From Candidatus Oleimmundimicrobium sp. (lineage in GTDB: Bacteria; Actinomycetota; Aquicultoria; UBA3085; Oleimmundimicrobiaceae), in the NCBI RefSeq assembly GCF_030651595.1, contig NZ_JAUSCH010000004.1, positions 74,026-138,025 of the forward strand: a DNA stretch of 64,000 bases, in the 5' to 3' direction. Each line of letters begins with the position of its first letter. Positions within the stretch are counted from its first letter, which is position 1. The notes under the pieces are model-generated. The model had not been told where the DNA came from. It searched no databases and saw nothing but the letters and a program-made list of their open reading frames with translations. Shown here piece after piece: positions 59,794 to 64,000 of the stretch. The position numbers were made by a program, and so were the translations under genes.

Positions 59794-61950
59794 TTATTTC
59801 TTTTTCATTTTTTCTAAATCTTCTTTAGTAAGCAATACTATCCGCGGCTTACTCCCCTCTGACGAACCAATAATTCCTCTTTCTTCCAGAATATCAATTA
59901 ACCTTGCAGCTCGAGTATATCCTATCCGCAAACGTCTTTGAAGCATAGATACTGAAGCCATTCCAACCAAAACAACAAGTTCCATTGCATCATCAAAAAG
60001 ATCGTCTTCGTAATCGCCTAATGAAAATTTAGGTTTTTTGCTTTCCAGGACCTCTTTTTGGTAGGCCGGCTGTGATTGTTTCTTTATAAAATTCGTGACC
60101 AATTCCACCTCTTGTTCGGTAATAAAAGCGCCTTGTAATCGGACGAGCTTGTTTGATTGAGAGGTCATAAAGAGCATGTCCCCCTTGCCCACTAATTTAT
60201 CCGCCCCGGCACCATCGATAATAACTCTCGAATCCACCTGTGACGACACAGAAAAAGCTATCCTTGAAGTTATGTTTGCTTTGATTAACCCGGTAATAAC
60301 ATCAACCGAAGGCCGTTGCGTTGCAATTACAAGATGAATTCCAACTGCTCTGGCTAATTGAGCTAAACGACATATTGAATCTTCAACTTTCCCCGGCGCA
60401 ACCATCATCAAATCAGCTAATTCATCTATAACAATGACAATATAGGGCATGTGGTCATCTTTGTTTTTCAATTGCGCATTATAGCTATCAATATTCCTCG
60501 TTCCTTGCTCAGCTAAAAGCCCAAGTCTGTTCTCCATTTCTTTTACAGCCCAAACTAAAGCATGTGATGCTTCTTTAACATTAGATATAACCGGAGTTAT
60601 CAAATGAGGGATTCCATTGTAAAGGTTTAGCTCTATTCTTTTTGGGTCAATCAGTATCATCTTTACTTGATCGGGCCGGGCTCGAGCTAAAAGAGAGATT
60701 AAAATACAATTTACACATACGCTCTTACCGCTTCCCGTAGCCCCGGCAATTAAAAGATGAGGCATACCCCCAAGATCAGCCACCACTGAATTACCCGATA
60801 TATCCTTACCCAGACAAATCTTCAAAATTTCATCTGATTGAGCTTCATTGCTAACCAGGATATCTCCAAGGGTCACAAGCTCTCTTTGCTTGTTCGGAAC
60901 TTCAATTCCCACTGCTGATTTACCTGGAATAGGAGCTAATATTCTAATGTCAGGAGAGGCCAAGGCCAAAGCAATATCATCAGCCAAGCTAAATATGCGA
61001 TTAACCTTAACTCCAGAGGCCAGATGTATTTCATATAATGTTACCGTCGGACCTTTTACAACCTTATCAATTGACGCATCAACTCCAAAGTTACTTAATG
61101 TCCTTTCCAGAATTCTTACGTTTTCTTTAACATCTTTTTTTAATTGTGGGCCCTTTGAAATTGTTCTTTTTAAAAGAGCGGGAGACGGAAGCTGGTATTT
61201 TCCTATCTCAATCTTGGGTGTTTCAATTTTTATTTCAGTTGTTTTCTGAGATGCAAAATTATTTGCTTCTTCAGAAGATATCCTTGTTTTGGCCTGGGTT
61301 TCTTTGTTGTTTAAACTTAGTTGCTCATAAAAATTCAGCTTTTTCTCTTCTGAAAAGTCTAAATCAGCTTGCCTATCGTCAAAAAAAACTTTATTTTTAG
61401 TTTTAAATTTTAGGCTAAATAGTGCTTTTACGCTTTTAACTAAGAAGGAAAGCTGTTGCAAAATAGAAATACCTGTGAAAATCACAATTCCAATAACAAG
61501 TAGAGCTATAAGAACTATATAAGCACCAATATTTCCCAGAAGAAATCTTAAAACATAGGTAAAAGTTGCACCAACATAGCCTCCACATGAAACAATATAT
61601 TCAAAACTAAACTCTTGAGATGGCGGCGTATTTAAATGAATTAAGGAAATGGTACTGATAAAGGAAATGGCAAGTCCTAAGCCAGTTGATTCCACATTTA
61701 CTTTAATGTTTTTTTTTGCGAAAAACGAAAAACCCCACACTGTAAGAAAGACAGGAATAATATATCTTCCCATGCCAACCGAGTATTTAAGCCCCTCTAC
61801 AACATATTTACCTATTAATCCCCTATCTCCGGCGAAAAGACTTATCATTAAAATTGCAGAAAGTGCAAACAGAGCCACACCGTAAACATCACTTAAATTC
61901 TCTTTGTTTTTTTTATTTTCTACCAAAGTTTTTCTTTTTTGATTAGCCAT
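59794..61950 (-). CDS. ftsK: DNA translocase FtsK
   Basis: 4TM N-terminus, HLLIAGATGSGKS, DELADLMM, ATQRPS, LQRRLRIGY.RAAR gamma domain. Confidence 0.98.
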   Translation of the reverse strand: MANQKRKTLVENKKNKENLSDVYGVALFALSAILMISLFAGDRGLIGKYVVEGLKYSVGMGRYIIPVFLTVWGFSFFAKKNIKVNVESTGLGLAISFISTISLIHLNTPPSQEFSFEYIVSCGGYVGATFTYVLRFLLGNIGAYIVLIALLVIGIVIFTGISILQQLSFLVKSVKALFSLKFKTKNKVFFDDRQADLDFSEEKKLNFYEQLSLNNKETQAKTRISSEEANNFASQKTTEIKIETPKIEIGKYQLPSPALLKRTISKGPQLKKDVKENVRILERTLSNFGVDASIDKVVKGPTVTLYEIHLASGVKVNRIFSLADDIALALASPDIRILAPIPGKSAVGIEVPNKQRELVTLGDILVSNEAQSDEILKICLGKDISGNSVVADLGGMPHLLIAGATGSGKSVCVNCILISLLARARPDQVKMILIDPKRIELNLYNGIPHLITPVISNVKEASHALVWAVKEMENRLGLLAEQGTRNIDSYNAQLKNKDDHMPYIVIVIDELADLMMVAPGKVEDSICRLAQLARAVGIHLVIATQRPSVDVITGLIKANITSRIAFSVSSQVDSRVIIDGAGADKLVGKGDMLFMTSQSNKLVRLQGAFITEQEVELVTNFIKKQSQPAYQKEVLESKKPKFSLGDYEDDLFDDAMELVVLVGMASVSMLQRRLRIGYTRAARLIDILEERGIIGSSEGSKPRIVLLTKEDLEKMKKK

Positions 61951-61963
61951 ACCTCTCTCCAAT

Positions 61964-62764
61964 TTATCTAATTAAAAGAAACGCTGCTCCCACAAACCAA
62001 CAATAATACGCAAAAATCGTGAGTCTTCCCTTTTTCAAATAATTTAATAGGTACTTAATACACAAATAACCGCTTACAGCAGCCGCCAAAAAACCCGCTA
62101 ACAAAGGCATGCTTTTTTGCTCTCCGTACAAACAAATAAAATCACCTGTTTTTAAAATAACCGCGCCTAAAATTATCGGTATCGCCAACAAAAACGAAAA
62201 TCTTGCCGCGGAATCTCGGTTTAAACCCCTAAAAAGACCGGCGGCGATTGTTGCCCCTGAGCGAGAAATCCCGGGAGCTATAGCGCATCCCTGAGCCAAC
62301 CCTATTATCAGGGTATCAGAAAGGCTTATATCATCCAAAACCCTGAGTTTTTTTGAGGCCGCTTCGCTTATCCACAAAAAAGTCCCGGTTACCATTAAAA
62401 GCAAAGAAACAGTTAAAGGATTTGAAAAAAGTCCCTCGAAAAAGTCTTGAAATAGCAATCCTATAAAAATAGCCGGAATTGTGCCGATTATTATCAACCA
62501 AGCCAGCTGGCATTCCGGTTTTTGCCGCGCCGTTTTTTTCTTAAAGCCATTAACAAACGCGATAAATAACTCCGAGATTTCACTCCTAAAAAAACAAATC
62601 ACAGCCGTCAAGGTACCCAAATGCAACATTACATCAAAACTCAAATCAGGCTGCGCCCATCCCATTAAATCTGGTATTAAAACTAAGTGTGCCGAACTGC
62701 TTATTGGAGCAAATTCTGTTATACCTTGCACGATTCCTAATATAACAGCTTGGAAAAGACTCAA
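61964..62764 (-). CDS. uppP: Undecaprenyl-diphosphatase
   Basis: QGITEF.PISSS.H, HLGT, PGISRSGATI. Confidence 0.97.
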   Translation of the reverse strand: MSLFQAVILGIVQGITEFAPISSSAHLVLIPDLMGWAQPDLSFDVMLHLGTLTAVICFFRSEISELFIAFVNGFKKKTARQKPECQLAWLIIIGTIPAIFIGLLFQDFFEGLFSNPLTVSLLLMVTGTFLWISEAASKKLRVLDDISLSDTLIIGLAQGCAIAPGISRSGATIAAGLFRGLNRDSAARFSFLLAIPIILGAVILKTGDFICLYGEQKSMPLLAGFLAAAVSGYLCIKYLLNYLKKGRLTIFAYYCWFVGAAFLLIR

Positions 62765-62776
62765 AATTTTACACCT

Positions 62777-64000
62777 CTATGCCTCGATGATAACCGGCAT
62801 AACCATTGGGCGCCGCCGCGTTTTGTTATAAAGAAACTTATTTAAATCTTTTGTTATTATTGATTTTAATACAGCTTTGTCTGTAACTCCTTCAAGAGCG
62901 GTTTTTGATAAAGTTTCTTCAACTTTTACTATTGCTTCATCAATAAGCTCTTTTGTTTCTTTAACATAGACAAAACCCCGCGATATAACATCCGGCCCTG
63001 CAATTATTTCGGCACTTTGTTTGCTTATCCCAACAACTACAATAAAAACCCCATCTTTTGAAAGAAGTCGTCGGTCTCTCAGCACAACGTCTCCTATATC
63101 CCCAACCCCTAAACCATCGACAAAAACATCACCCGAAGAAACTCTTCCGGCTTTTTTGGCTCCTGACTCATCAAACTTTAACACATCACCGTCTTCACAA
63201 ATAAAAATATGATCTGCCGGTATGCCAGTTTGTTCTGCCAAATTGGCATGGTGCCTAAGATGTCTATATTCACCGTGGATTGGGATAAAATATTTAGGCT
63301 TAACTATATTGATTATAAGCTTGAGTTCCTCTTGAGCTGAATGTCCCGATACGTGAACACCTGAAATTTGCTCATAATAGGCCTCGGCACCAGATTTATA
63401 AATTTGATTTATGATTCTAGATACTGACCTCTCGTTACCTGGAATCGGCGATGCGGATATTACCACAGTATCTTTAGTCTGCATTTTTACTTGTTTATGG
63501 TCGTTTGAAGAAATTCTTGCCAAAGCTGATAATGGCTCTCCTTGGCTTCCCGTGCATAGTACAACAACTTTACTGGGGGGATATTTTTCAATCTCTCTAA
63601 CATCTATTAATATATCCTCTGGCATTTTTAAATATCCAAGCTCTGAGGCTATTCGCGCGTTATCTACTATACTTCGCCCCGATACCGCCAGCTTCCGGCC
63701 AACCTTTACAGTCACATCCACTATCTGCTGAATACGGTGAAGGTGCGAAGCAAAAGTTGCAATAATTATCTTCTGCTCAGCATCTTCAAAAATTTTAAGC
63801 AAGTTAGCGCCAACAGTTTTTTCGGGAAGTGTGTAACCGGGGGTTTCCGCGTTTGTACTATCGGATAATAACGCCAGTACTTTTTTTGGACCCAAAGATA
63901 CTAGTTTTTGAAGCTCCATGGGTCTTCCATCAACTGGAGTTTGGTCTATCTTGTAGTCTCCGGTATGAACAATTAAACCCAAAGGAGTCTCGATAATTAT
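62777..64000 (-). CDS. rnj: Ribonuclease J (5' truncated by window edge)
   Basis: HTGDYK.D, DSTN, TGSQGEP, HVSGH, P.HGE. Confidence 0.97.
   Translation of the reverse strand: MIIETPLGLIVHTGDYKIDQTPVDGRPMELQKLVSLGPKKVLALLSDSTNAETPGYTLPEKTVGANLLKIFEDAEQKIIIATFASHLHRIQQIVDVTVKVGRKLAVSGRSIVDNARIASELGYLKMPEDILIDVREIEKYPPSKVVVLCTGSQGEPLSALARISSNDHKQVKMQTKDTVVISASPIPGNERSVSRIINQIYKSGAEAYYEQISGVHVSGHSAQEELKLIINIVKPKYFIPIHGEYRHLRHHANLAEQTGIPADHIFICEDGDVLKFDESGAKKAGRVSSGDVFVDGLGVGDIGDVVLRDRRLLSKDGVFIVVVGISKQSAEIIAGPDVISRGFVYVKETKELIDEAIVKVEETLSKTALEGVTDKAVLKSIITKDLNKFLYNKTRRRPMVMPVIIEA

Overview
A 64-kb, AT-rich stretch of core bacterial chromosome that spans the replication terminus. A B. subtilis/actinobacterial-type dif site lies at 23251-23278, where gene orientation flips from mostly + to almost entirely -. 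The mIHF gene, Gram-positive LexA boxes and gene order point to a low-GC, deep-branching Actinomycetota. Class III RNR and a tungsten-type AOR suggest an anaerobe (inference). Left arm: metK, MTA/SAH salvage genes, priA-def-fmt-rsmB-rpe, an FMN-riboswitch rib operon, an ECF sigma/anti-sigma pair, an FmdB zinc-ribbon gene, and a duplicated soluble signalling module (PAS with a Cys-rich two-CW insert, kinase, 2 receivers, plus a stand-alone receiver). Right arm: nrdR-nrdD-nrdH-nrdG-dut, lexA, miaA-dapF-dapL-hflX, a pyr operon lacking carAB with mIHF-gmk-rpoZ-coaBC, aor-moaD-moeB, and rnj to recA-rny-miaB. No tRNA, rRNA, CRISPR or transposase was seen. The most notable unexplained signals are several unannotated structured non-coding elements (an rny leader rod that competes with a terminator, a promoter-led ~140-nt rod before fmdB, elements beside dif and before the PHP gene), the metal-sensor kinase pair, a wHTH protein with a clamp-like tail, and an orphan MutL-like ATPase. 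All calls come from motif recognition by eye; no searches or folding programs were run.
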